This document shows positions 16,894 through 24,732 of a stretch of DNA of 64,000 nucleotides, piece after piece. The stretch comes from a virus: positions 1,704 to 65,703 of the IMG/VR virus record IMGVR_UViG_3300031987_000007. One strand, written 5' to 3'. The notes beneath the pieces were generated by a model, which was not told the DNA's origin, did no database searches, and was given only the letters and a program-made list of their open reading frames with translations. A program made the translations under genes and the position numbers. Within the stretch, counting starts at the first letter, position 1; each line of letters starts with the position of its first letter.

Positions 16894-18159
16894 TTATGAG
16901 AGGAAGTAGTTCGATTGTCTGATCTTGGCTGAGAGGTTGGGTGACTTCTTCGGGAAGGTTCCCTGTACGCCGTAGAGCTGGCTCAGAATGTCATTCAGCA
17001 GGGTGCTATCGGCCATCTCTGCGAAGATGTCCCGGTAGTGCATCCGTAGGAAGTTCATGTTGTTGGCATGGCACTTGAACTCGTCGTGTACCGAAATCAT
17101 GTGGAACGGTTTGTGAGTGAGCATCTGGTTCAAGATTGCTGCCAGTTGCTTCAGGTGAGTGGTAGATAAAGCTCCCAACGCCGATTCATCAGCGTAATCA
17201 AGAATACGAATATCCGGCATTACTGTGGCTGTGTACCGGTCCTGTAATCGTAAGAAGTCTGGATGACACTCATCTTCATAAGCTATGTGGTTGATACCCA
17301 TGGAACGTTCCAGAAGAACAGCTTCAATGGCTTGAGAAGCCCATGCCACTTGTTCTGCATCGTAGCTACAGCGCCGTATCAGGCATCTGAGTACATAGGC
17401 GTCAATGCTATGGATCACATTGGCGACGTTGCTCAGGCCTTTCTCAGTGCCTTCGTTGACGTAGTATTCGTACTCGAACGTGGCGTGATCCAGCTCATCC
17501 ACTTCGATGCGGGTTTCCACCTTCTCCATGACCTTAACGCGAGCGTGGCCACCGTCAGGCAGATCCCATGAGTGAACCAAGGCGTAAGGCGTCCATGAGT
17601 TCAAGAGGTCTTCCAACAGCTCACAGGCGCCCGGAGCAAGCTCGTACATGGCCTTGTAGAACGCCTGTAACTCAGGTGTATCTTTGCCGAACAGGTTCTT
17701 GGGCTCTTTCTTGGAGCCGTACAGCGAGGTCATAACCGCCTGCTTTACGTCGGACCTATCGGCCTCTCGGCCGGCAGCATCTTTGTTCAGGTAGTTACCG
17801 ATTCGCTTTTTCATCAGTGTCATGCAGTCAGTGTACGCATCAGCACGCCGGTTGGGATCGACCAAGCCAGTGGCATTGGCACCAGATTCACAGCCGGTGA
17901 TAGCCGACATGATCTGCATCCCAGAACACACCGCATCGAAGCCGACTTGGTGACCGGTAGGCAGGCCTTGCTGGGCTTTGCGAATGGCCTGAACAGCTTT
18001 CATGTACAGCGCAGGTTCATCGGCCTGTTCCGCCAAACTCTCGAGAGATTTGAGGTTGTCCGTGGCCCACTGGATACGGTCACCGAACAGGTCTTTATCA
18101 TTGCCGAACTGATTCGCGGCATCAATCAATAGGTACTCATAACCTGTAAAGGTTTGCAT
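16894..18159 (-). CDS. RNA polymerase II large subunit (N4 gp16-like, RNAP2)
   Basis: Motif A FDAVCSGMQ, motif B RSDVKQAVMTSLYG, motif C SVHDEF. Confidence 0.95.
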   Translation of the reverse strand: MQTFTGYEYLLIDAANQFGNDKDLFGDRIQWATDNLKSLESLAEQADEPALYMKAVQAIRKAQQGLPTGHQVGFDAVCSGMQIMSAITGCESGANATGLVDPNRRADAYTDCMTLMKKRIGNYLNKDAAGREADRSDVKQAVMTSLYGSKKEPKNLFGKDTPELQAFYKAMYELAPGACELLEDLLNSWTPYALVHSWDLPDGGHARVKVMEKVETRIEVDELDHATFEYEYYVNEGTEKGLSNVANVIHSIDAYVLRCLIRRCSYDAEQVAWASQAIEAVLLERSMGINHIAYEDECHPDFLRLQDRYTATVMPDIRILDYADESALGALSTTHLKQLAAILNQMLTHKPFHMISVHDEFKCHANNMNFLRMHYRDIFAEMADSTLLNDILSQLYGVQGTFPKKSPNLSAKIRQSNYFLS

Positions 18160-18224
18160 GGTCTGTTCTCCGTATGAGGTATGGGCACCACGGAACCGCC
18201 TGTAAGGCGGCTGTGGTCATGGGA

Positions 18225-18482
18225 TTACTGGGAGTTGATCAGTTGATGTAAGCGGTTCTGGTATGTCTTATAGTGCTGCGGCTGTATATATGTGTACCCG
18301 GATTCTGAGTGAAACCAGTTCATCAACTCCTGATTGAATACAGCCAGTTGCTTTTCAGACATTTCATCCATCAAGAGTCTGATAATCTCCTGATAGACGC
18401 TACTTTCGTCCTCCAGATCAAAAGTACCTTCCTGACCGAGATCACGTATGAACTCAGCGGTTTCTTCTGTGTATTCAGACAT
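18225..18482 (-). CDS. Acidic hypothetical protein
   Basis: AGGAA RBS; lies between RNAP subunits. Confidence 0.6.
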   Translation of the reverse strand: MSEYTEETAEFIRDLGQEGTFDLEDESSVYQEIIRLLMDEMSEKQLAVFNQELMNWFHSESGYTYIQPQHYKTYQNRLHQLINSQ

Positions 18483-18496
18483 AGGGATTCCTTGGT

Positions 18497-19141
18497 TCAG
18501 TCAGATCCGCGGATCAGGACGACATCGGTGGAAACGATGGTGGGTTCTTTATCGAGGTCTTCACGCAAGACGTTGAGCTTCTCAGTGTATTCGTACTGAA
18601 GATCCTCATCGTCGTTCAGCTTCAGCATCTGAAGGTAGTGATCCTCGAAAGGGTTTCCGTCAGCGAGTGGGTTGAATTGGGCGTACACCTTGTCGCGGGC
18701 CTGTTCCACAGTTTCAGCCATCACGATAATGTCGCCTTCGCTGTAGGCCTTGAGGCTTTCGGAACTCCAGTGGTAGAGGCTTTTCATACCGTAATTCCTT
18801 AAATCTTTGCGGCGTTCACCCATGGTGAGGGCGTTGTAGAACTTGGTCTCATCTTCTGGACCAGGTTCTTCATCCAGAAAGGTCATTCCCGGTTCAGGGA
18901 TGACATCGTCCACAACCACGCAGTCAGGCCGAAACCCTGACTTACCACGGATACCCGGTTCCTGAAATGGAAAACCTTTTAGATCCTCAGCTTTGATGCT
19001 GTTGGACGGTGTGCTGAAATCGACAACTGTCCGGCCATTACCAACAGGGAAGCTGTGTGGCTCAGGATTGGGTTTGGTGAGCCGACCGGTGGAGGTACCT
19101 TTCACCGTCATGCCTGTGGTCATTTTGTGGTCTTTACTCAT
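18497..19141 (-). CDS. Hypothetical mosaic protein between RNAP subunits
   Basis: 214 aa ORF with ATGA overlap to RNAP1. Confidence 0.65.
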   Translation of the reverse strand: MSKDHKMTTGMTVKGTSTGRLTKPNPEPHSFPVGNGRTVVDFSTPSNSIKAEDLKGFPFQEPGIRGKSGFRPDCVVVDDVIPEPGMTFLDEEPGPEDETKFYNALTMGERRKDLRNYGMKSLYHWSSESLKAYSEGDIIVMAETVEQARDKVYAQFNPLADGNPFEDHYLQMLKLNDDEDLQYEYTEKLNVLREDLDKEPTIVSTDVVLIRGSD

Positions 19142-20055
19142 AGTCCGGGTACTCCAGTGACCACCTCTTCATCGGCAAATTCTATTGATGCCTTTTTGAA
19201 GCCGGTGGCTTGCGTGTTGATGTGATACCCCTGTGAATACAGGCGTAGGCGTTTGTCGGCTTTGTTGGTAAGCCAGAAGCGATTGCCCTGGCCCGCGATC
19301 AACCGGTACCGCTGATAGGACTCCCGCTTGAACTGGCCCCATTGTTGGATCTTCTCCGGTGTGTCCAGATCGAAGGTAGGCTCCTCCTCTACGGTGCAGA
19401 GGAAGTCCAGATCGAGCTTGAGAGGCACTGCATTCTGTTTGTTGATGACATCCAGACAGATGTCTTCGCTGTGTCCGTTGGCTTTGCCAAGGATCAGACA
19501 GTCGTTGTGGGTGAGGTAGCCGGAGTCGTAGTTGGTACGGGCTTCTCGCGGCTCACACACCATCGGTGGCAGGTAACCGGACTGCACAACATAGCCAATG
19601 AGGTCTTGGCTCAGAGGTATCCGAGACTGGATCACCAGAGACGCAGAGCGGTCTGTCTTCACAATGTCAAAGGCATCGGTCAGGCAAAGTACCGCCATCA
19701 TCTCGGCAACGGTCGTGATTGAGTCGGCTTTGTCGTCGAACTTCAGTCTACCGGCCAGTTGTGCGGTAATGCTGGTGAACAGCTCAGGGGTCTGGCAGTA
19801 GGCCACACCAACAAACAGGGCCCGTACCAGCTCCTCCAGATCAATGTCTTGGATCTGGGCCAGACGGTTGTTCTTCTGAGGGTAGCCATGGTCCTTGGCC
19901 AGCCAGTCTTCCAGCAAGGTAATGCCTTCGGCCACCTTGGCTTCCATGCTTGGGTTGGCACGGATTTCCATATCAATGTAACGGTCGATGAATTTACGTG
20001 AGTACGTGTACTCGTTGGCGAACTGGATATCCCGCGGTGGCAGGCGCTTGGTCAT
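19138..20055 (-). CDS. RNA polymerase II small subunit (N4 gp15-like, RNAP1)
   Basis: LPPMVCEP, SGYLT, CLDVIN, F.L..KADKRLRLYSQGYHINTQ; synteny with RNAP2. Confidence 0.93.
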   Translation of the reverse strand: MTKRLPPRDIQFANEYTYSRKFIDRYIDMEIRANPSMEAKVAEGITLLEDWLAKDHGYPQKNNRLAQIQDIDLEELVRALFVGVAYCQTPELFTSITAQLAGRLKFDDKADSITTVAEMMAVLCLTDAFDIVKTDRSASLVIQSRIPLSQDLIGYVVQSGYLPPMVCEPREARTNYDSGYLTHNDCLILGKANGHSEDICLDVINKQNAVPLKLDLDFLCTVEEEPTFDLDTPEKIQQWGQFKRESYQRYRLIAGQGNRFWLTNKADKRLRLYSQGYHINTQATGFKKASIEFADEEVVTGVPGL

Positions 20056-20067
20056 TAGAGGGTCTCC

Positions 20068-20244
20068 TCAGAGGTCACAGGCATTGCGTGAGAGTAGAAA
20101 GGGCGACTTGCATAGGTCACGAGCGGGTCTACCTGTCATGCGATAGGCGTAGAACACAGCCTCTGTCTTGGTGGTAATGCACATATACCGCAGGCCCCGG
20201 CGTTGCAGGTGCCCACGGATATTGATGCGTTCATGTAGCCCCAT
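20068..20244 (-). CDS. Small basic hypothetical protein
   Basis: GGAG RBS; fills the gap between macro gene and RNAP1. Confidence 0.4.
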   Translation of the reverse strand: MGLHERINIRGHLQRRGLRYMCITTKTEAVFYAYRMTGRPARDLCKSPFLLSRNACDL

Positions 20245-20254
20245 GGACCACTCC

Positions 20255-20698
20255 TTATTTGAAGGCCCACACTTGGACGTTGTCAGGTAGTTTCTCAAGG
20301 ATGGGCTGGACAGCCTCTTTGTCGAGACTGCCATTGCCAATGCCCGGGAAGTTCATGGCATACGTGGTATCAGGGTTGGCTCTGGCATGGGCTGCCAGTG
20401 CTTTTGCGGACTGGTCAATCAGGTACAGGTTGGCCATGTGCTTGAAGTGATATTTCACCTGAAACACACCGATCTTGTTGCCAAGGATCAGACCATATTC
20501 ACCGCCAGAAGGGCAGACCTTCTGAATGCCCCGGCCAATCTCAATGTCAATTCCGGGCCACTTGTCACGCACCTGCTTGGCAATACCAGCACCCATGACA
20601 ACGGCACCATTGTTCTTGATGATTGCGTTGGTGGTGATCACAAAGTAATCGACTTCATCGAACACAGACCACATATCACCGGTCTTGAATACAGGCAT
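20255..20698 (-). CDS. Macro domain (ADP-ribose binding/hydrolase) protein
   Basis: GDMW, TTN...G..VMGAGIAKQ, F.VKYHF, PGIGNGSL. Confidence 0.85.
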   Translation of the reverse strand: MPVFKTGDMWSVFDEVDYFVITTNAIIKNNGAVVMGAGIAKQVRDKWPGIDIEIGRGIQKVCPSGGEYGLILGNKIGVFQVKYHFKHMANLYLIDQSAKALAAHARANPDTTYAMNFPGIGNGSLDKEAVQPILEKLPDNVQVWAFK

Positions 20699-20701
20699 GG
20701 G

Positions 20702-20890
20702 TTACTCCTGATTAGCGACGGCAGCACGTTTGGCTTTCTTACGGGCACGCTTGAGCTTTGCTTGCATGATGGCGTGCTGTGCCTGGTCATGCGACTGCTC
20801 GACGACAGGCTTTGGGCCAGTACGTCCGGACCTCTTCTTGGTACCACCAAAGGCGTCAGCTAACAGTTTGATCAGAGGGTATTTATTCAT
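20702..20890 (-). CDS. Small basic hypothetical protein
   Basis: KLKRARK C-terminal motif typical of small phage proteins. Confidence 0.55.
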   Translation of the reverse strand: MNKYPLIKLLADAFGGTKKRSGRTGPKPVVEQSHDQAQHAIMQAKLKRARKKAKRAAVANQE

Positions 20891-20916
20891 GGTTTGATTC
20901 CAGTTTTGAGAGACAC

Positions 20917-20950
20917 AAAAGAAAACAGGGACACCCGAAGGCATCCCTGT
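20917..20950 (-). terminator. Rho-independent terminator (UUCG loop)
   Basis: Minus: ACAGGGATGCC-TTCG-GGTGTCCCTGT-TTTCTTTT. Confidence 0.85.
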
Positions 20951-20971
20951 TGTTGGCACTGACAGGCTCGC

Positions 20972-21268
20972 TTACAGGTCGAGTTCAGAGCCGTTGTTGC
21001 CGTCAGCACGCTGGAAGTCCAGCACGATACGGTCTTTGATCTGGTCCAAGACAGTGTCCAGATCGTCAGCATCTGCGATGTGATCGAGCAACTGCTTATC
21101 CAGAGGCTTGTTCGTCTTCAGAGGGATGTAGCCCAGCTTGCGACGGCCCCCATCACGAGTGGGTAGATAGATGTTCACGAAGGCGTCAGCCTTCCACTGG
21201 TCATTACGACCGGTGATTGGTGCGACGTTACCCATTTGTTGTGCAGTATTTTCAGTTTGAAAAGCCAT
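20972..21268 (-). CDS. Drc-like ssDNA-binding RNAP II cofactor (N4-like gp14 family)
   Basis: AFVNIYLPTRDG...C-terminal ELDL resembles (from memory) LUZ7 Drc; upstream of RNAP1. Confidence 0.6.
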   Translation of the reverse strand: MAFQTENTAQQMGNVAPITGRNDQWKADAFVNIYLPTRDGGRRKLGYIPLKTNKPLDKQLLDHIADADDLDTVLDQIKDRIVLDFQRADGNNGSELDL

Positions 21269-21335
21269 GGTAATTCTCCAAGATTCAAAGGGATGACCCA
21301 CCCAAATGGCAGGTCAAAAGGTTGTTAGGTATTTC

Positions 21336-21358
21336 GTTCACTACTCAAGCGGAGCTTC
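21336..21358 (-). promoter_or_regulatory. vRNAP early promoter
   Basis: + (template) strand AAGC-GGA-GCTT, same as the N4 promoter hairpin core; C at predicted +1 (21341). Confidence 0.8.
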
Positions 21359-21364
21359 TTTGCT

Positions 21365-21505
21365 TTACACAGAAGAGCCACAAACCCCGAGGGTCGGCTC
21401 TTCACAATTCGGGCAGGTACATTCGCCAGTTAGCACTGGCTCAAAGGCGAGGCTGTCGTCCGTCCATGAGTAACCACAGACGGGACAGGTGTAGGAAATG
21501 CACAT
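21365..21505 (-). CDS. Small zinc-ribbon protein (46 aa)
   Basis: Hand-translated MCISYTCPVCGYSWTDDSLAFEPVLTGECTCPNCEEPTLGVCGSSV; GGGGTG upstream. Confidence 0.55.
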   Translation of the reverse strand: MCISYTCPVCGYSWTDDSLAFEPVLTGECTCPNCEEPTLGVCGSSV

Positions 21506-21602
21506 AGGTGTCACCCCAAAGGGTTGGTGAGGTGCCTACTTTTTTCGGCACAGGGTATATACGTTTTGGCGACAGGTCACTAGCCATATTAAAAACAAGG
21601 GC

Positions 21603-21785
21603 TTACCAGCGATGGATCACCCGGTTGTTGTCCAACACGGAATGTCGGTACTTGTTGCGGAGCTTTCGACGGGCTGTGCAGTCGACGTACAGGCTGATTG
21701 CCATAAGGACAAGGCAGCCACCGAGAACGATGGCTATGTCCGCATGGGTCAGCCAGTCAAACGAGATGACCGGCTGCACATTCAT
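21603..21785 (-). CDS. Small single-pass membrane protein
   Basis: IAIVLGGCLVLMAISLYV followed by a basic tail. Confidence 0.5.
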   Translation of the reverse strand: MNVQPVISFDWLTHADIAIVLGGCLVLMAISLYVDCTARRKLRNKYRHSVLDNNRVIHRW

Positions 21786-21976
21786 CGAGCAACACCCCAA
21801 CGTGAAGGACGCAGTGGCCCCATCTCGTAGTGGTAGTTGAGATCATCCGTATCGTGAGAGAAACGGAAGTCGTCGAACTCCTCACGGGTGAGGTTCTCGG
21901 TCGGCAAGGTAGCCCCTGACTCATCGAAGACTTCGACATGGAAACGTTGTTCAAAAGACATGTGTTCGCGTGGCAT
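21782..21976 (-). CDS. Early hypothetical protein
   Basis: GGGAG RBS, ATGA overlap. Confidence 0.55.
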   Translation of the reverse strand: MPREHMSFEQRFHVEVFDESGATLPTENLTREEFDDFRFSHDTDDLNYHYEMGPLRPSRWGVAR

Positions 21977-22019
21977 AAGACTTCTCCCAAAGTTGCCGGT
22001 GTACACACTGGGTTGTGTG

Positions 22020-22039
22020 TCCATTACTCAAGCGGAGCT
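22020..22039 (-). promoter_or_regulatory. vRNAP early promoter
   Basis: Shares 15-mer TACTCAAGCGGAGCT with the 21342-21356 site. Confidence 0.7.
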
Positions 22040-22061
22040 GTCTTTAAGAGAAGGGAAGTAC

Positions 22062-22086
22062 AAAGAAAAAGACACCCGAAGGTGTC
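22062..22086 (-). terminator. Rho-independent terminator (UUCG loop)
   Basis: Minus: GACACC-TTCG-GGTGTC-TTTTTCTTT. Confidence 0.85.
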
Positions 22087-22094
22087 AAGGAAAG

Positions 22095-22283
22095 TTAGTT
22101 GATAGACCATGTCTCTTTGTATTGCTCAATGAACTCAGCATCGAACTGAGAACGCCAACCACAACAAGAACATTTGAACTGTTCACCATCAAACGTAGTA
22201 CGTGGCATACGTACACATGTAGCACCACCACAGTAGGGTGAGTAGTGTTCTTGGGTAAGTAGGTTGTGTCTTACTGTACTCAT
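22095..22283 (-). CDS. Early Cys-rich protein (62 aa)
   Basis: YSPYCG...C..MPRT.FDGEQF.C..CGWRS.F...FI..YK motif. Confidence 0.65.
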   Translation of the reverse strand: MSTVRHNLLTQEHYSPYCGGATCVRMPRTTFDGEQFKCSCCGWRSQFDAEFIEQYKETWSIN

Positions 22284-22589
22284 AAAGAAGTTCTCCAAAG
22301 AGTGTGTGACATAACCAACAGAGTATCGGCTATGTATCGGATTAGGGTAGAGATATAGGTAAGGTATCGGAAGAGGGATAACCGAAAGTAAACAGGCAAT
22401 AAACAGCAAAAGTTAGTAATTCAACGAGCATCTCTCACCCTCAGCTCTCTATAAGTAGAGAGAGTATTGAGGGCGTATAAGAGAGAATAGAAGGGTGGAA
22501 TAGAGTCAGGCTGATGGGTTGATAACTGAAGTAATCAGTTAGACAGTGGTGTTCCAATAAAGTTCCCGAGAATATGAATTTATTTTCCC

Positions 22590-22778
22590 TTACTTCACAA
22601 CACTGAATCGTGGTCGAACACTGTGACTCTGTTTGGTTTGCACTGTCTGTTCAGACACAGGCACACAGTCTGGGTCATTGGCACTGGTTGACGGGAACAT
22701 TGGGCGTATTGACTCCGGCAAGGTATACGCATTGAAACCAGCAACACGACGTAACTTGAGCTTGGGTTGAGTGTTCAT
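22590..22778 (-). CDS. Early hypothetical protein
   Basis: GAGGT RBS before MNTQPK. Confidence 0.45.
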   Translation of the reverse strand: MNTQPKLKLRRVAGFNAYTLPESIRPMFPSTSANDPDCVPVSEQTVQTKQSHSVRPRFSVVK

Positions 22779-22921
22779 AAATACCTCATGGTTTGATTGT
22801 AAGTAAGCCATAGCACACACGGTAGTGAGTTGCTTATTGTCATGGGTAGGCTGAGTCCATCTGTCTTGCCCTGCACCCATTCTGTCTTACCATGTGTAGG
22901 TGTGTAGATTCTTTATTGTGT

Positions 22922-22950
22922 AGAAAGAAGTAAGCTCCCCGAAGGGAGCT
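22922..22950 (-). terminator. Rho-independent terminator (UUCG loop)
   Basis: Minus: AGCTCCC-TTCG-GGGAGCT then T-rich. Confidence 0.75.
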
Positions 22951-22955
22951 GGTTG

Positions 22956-23174
22956 TTATGTATTGGATTGCTCAACAGCAGGCGTGGTACCTGCATTGAG
23001 TTTGGCTTCAAGGTCAGCCAGTTGTTTCTTACGTTCAACGCGTGATTCGTTGACGAAGGATGCGGTGCCCTCTTCAGTCCATGTGGCCAGGTCGTCGAGA
23101 GATTTGGCGAACTTCTCGGTAGCTGAGAATAGGACAGTGAGTGCTGAGAACAGTTGACGGATTGCTTGCATCAT
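22956..23174 (-). CDS. N4 gp1-like first early protein
   Basis: QLFSALTVLFSATEK.A.SLD.LA.W.EE; first leftward gene. Confidence 0.7.
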   Translation of the reverse strand: MMQAIRQLFSALTVLFSATEKFAKSLDDLATWTEEGTASFVNESRVERKKQLADLEAKLNAGTTPAVEQSNT

Positions 23175-23266
23175 GAGAGTAGCTCCATTGATTAAGGTGA
23201 TTGCTACAGCCCACGCGGCAGCGTATGAGTAGTGGGGTAGGTGGTGCGAGGAGAGTGAGAGATTAG

Positions 23267-23281
23267 ACCCCCCGGGGGGGT
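23267..23281. repeat. C6/G7 palindrome at the early/late divergence
   Basis: ACCCCCCGGGGGGGT. Confidence 0.7.
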
Positions 23282-23451
23282 GGTTTTGTTTTTAGTTCGC
23301 CCTACCGTCAGTAATGTGATCGTCTCCAATTATTGTGTTTCTGAAAAAGTTGCCAAAAAATTCTGAGTAACTTTTCCCTTACTTTTTTCAGAATAATTAA
23401 ACCAGTGTTGTTATACAGAACTCTTCGTTTATGTATTACTTGTGAGGAGTT

Positions 23452-23907
23452 ATGTCTAACAATCTTGTTTTGACCCGCAATGCGTTTACACCTTGGGGTG
23501 TGTTTGGTGAACTTGAGTTCCCGACGTATGAGAAGTTCTTTACCATTGAACGTCCTTGGTTGAACAACAAACCATTCAAGTCTTGTATCCCTGATGGTGT
23601 GTATTACCTGGAGAAGCGGCATTCACCGGTGGTTGGTCGAACCAGTGGCCAAGAGTTTCAGGAAGGTTGGGAAGTAACAGATGTGGTCGATCGCACGTTC
23701 ATTATGATTCACCCGGCCAACTGGAAAGAAGACCTGGCAGGTTGTATTGGTGTTGGTTTGGACTATGCCATTACACGCAATCGGAAGAATGAAAGTGCGT
23801 TGTCTGTATTGCGTTCGCGTGATGCGTTCCGGGAAGTAATGGCACTGTTGGATGAACAAAGTTCGTGGACGTTGGATATTCGTCCTTTCATTATGGAAAC
23901 CTTCTGA
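23452..23907 (+). CDS. DUF5675 family protein (candidate endolysin, H...GC motif)
   Basis: TIERPW..N....SCIP.G.Y, I.IHPAN...DLAGCIGVG. Confidence 0.75.
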   Translation: MSNNLVLTRNAFTPWGVFGELEFPTYEKFFTIERPWLNNKPFKSCIPDGVYYLEKRHSPVVGRTSGQEFQEGWEVTDVVDRTFIMIHPANWKEDLAGCIGVGLDYAITRNRKNESALSVLRSRDAFREVMALLDEQSSWTLDIRPFIMETF

Positions 23908-23943
23908 TAAGCTGGTTTTGTTGTGTTCTTCCTCTGATTACTT

Positions 23944-23972
23944 AGCCCCGTTAATAGCGGGGTTCTTTTTTC
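23944..23972 (+). terminator. Rho-independent terminator
   Basis: AGCCCCG-TTAATAG-CGGGGTT-CTTTTTT. Confidence 0.75.
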
Positions 23973-24036
23973 TCTGCAATAAATAATTATCCCCTCTATA
24001 GTCGGCCGATATAGTAACTCACACTATGAGGTATGT

Positions 24037-24732
24037 ATGAGTGTGTTATCGACCGAAGACTTTAAGAAGGCTCTTCCGGATAAACTGAAGAAGAATGTAA
24101 ACCAGAGTGTCATCGACAAGGTGAACTTGTTATTAAGTGATCCGGATATGCACGAGACATATCGGGAGAACCTTCTTAGCTACGCCAATGTCATGCAGGA
24201 TGGTCGATTCAAGATTACGTCTTACATTGATGCCGTTAAGTATGTGAGCCACAAGCTCCGTGACAAAACCAATATGTCAGCGTTCTCCCTGACCTTCCCA
24301 GACAAGATTGCCGACTGGACTGCCCGGGGTGTGGCGCCCAAAGACATGGCCAGTTACGTGACGGCTTATAACAAGTCGAAGCTGGTGAATCTGATCCTGG
24401 GACAAACGCTCACGCCCATGTGGATTCTGAACCAGGACTTACACCAGCGGGCCCTCAATAAGCAGGCCTGGCTGATGGATAACGCCAAGTCCGAAAAGGT
24501 CGCCTCTGATGCGGCCAACTCCCTGTTGACCCACCTCAAGCAGCCCGAGACCCAGAAGATTGAACTGGATGTGGGCGTCAAAGAAGACAGCTCGATTCAG
24601 GCCCTGCGAGAGTCCACACAAGAACTGGTCGCCCAGCAGCGAAGGATGATCCAGTCCGGTGCCATGAATGCTCAGGAAGTGGCCCACACCCGGGTGACTG
24701 TCGATAACGCCAGTGGTGATGTGGATGACTGA
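24037..24732 (+). CDS. N4 gp69-like protein (putative terminase small subunit)
   Basis: YRENLLSYANV...GRFK...Y..AVKYVS.KL; precedes terminase. Confidence 0.85.
   Translation: MSVLSTEDFKKALPDKLKKNVNQSVIDKVNLLLSDPDMHETYRENLLSYANVMQDGRFKITSYIDAVKYVSHKLRDKTNMSAFSLTFPDKIADWTARGVAPKDMASYVTAYNKSKLVNLILGQTLTPMWILNQDLHQRALNKQAWLMDNAKSEKVASDAANSLLTHLKQPETQKIELDVGVKEDSSIQALRESTQELVAQQRRMIQSGAMNAQEVAHTRVTVDNASGDVDD

Noticed and set aside
20917-22950. CCGAAG hairpins as vRNAP promoters
   Set aside because: Pairing register gives C(UUCG)G tetraloops with U-tracts on the transcript strand, so they are terminators rather than triloop hairpins
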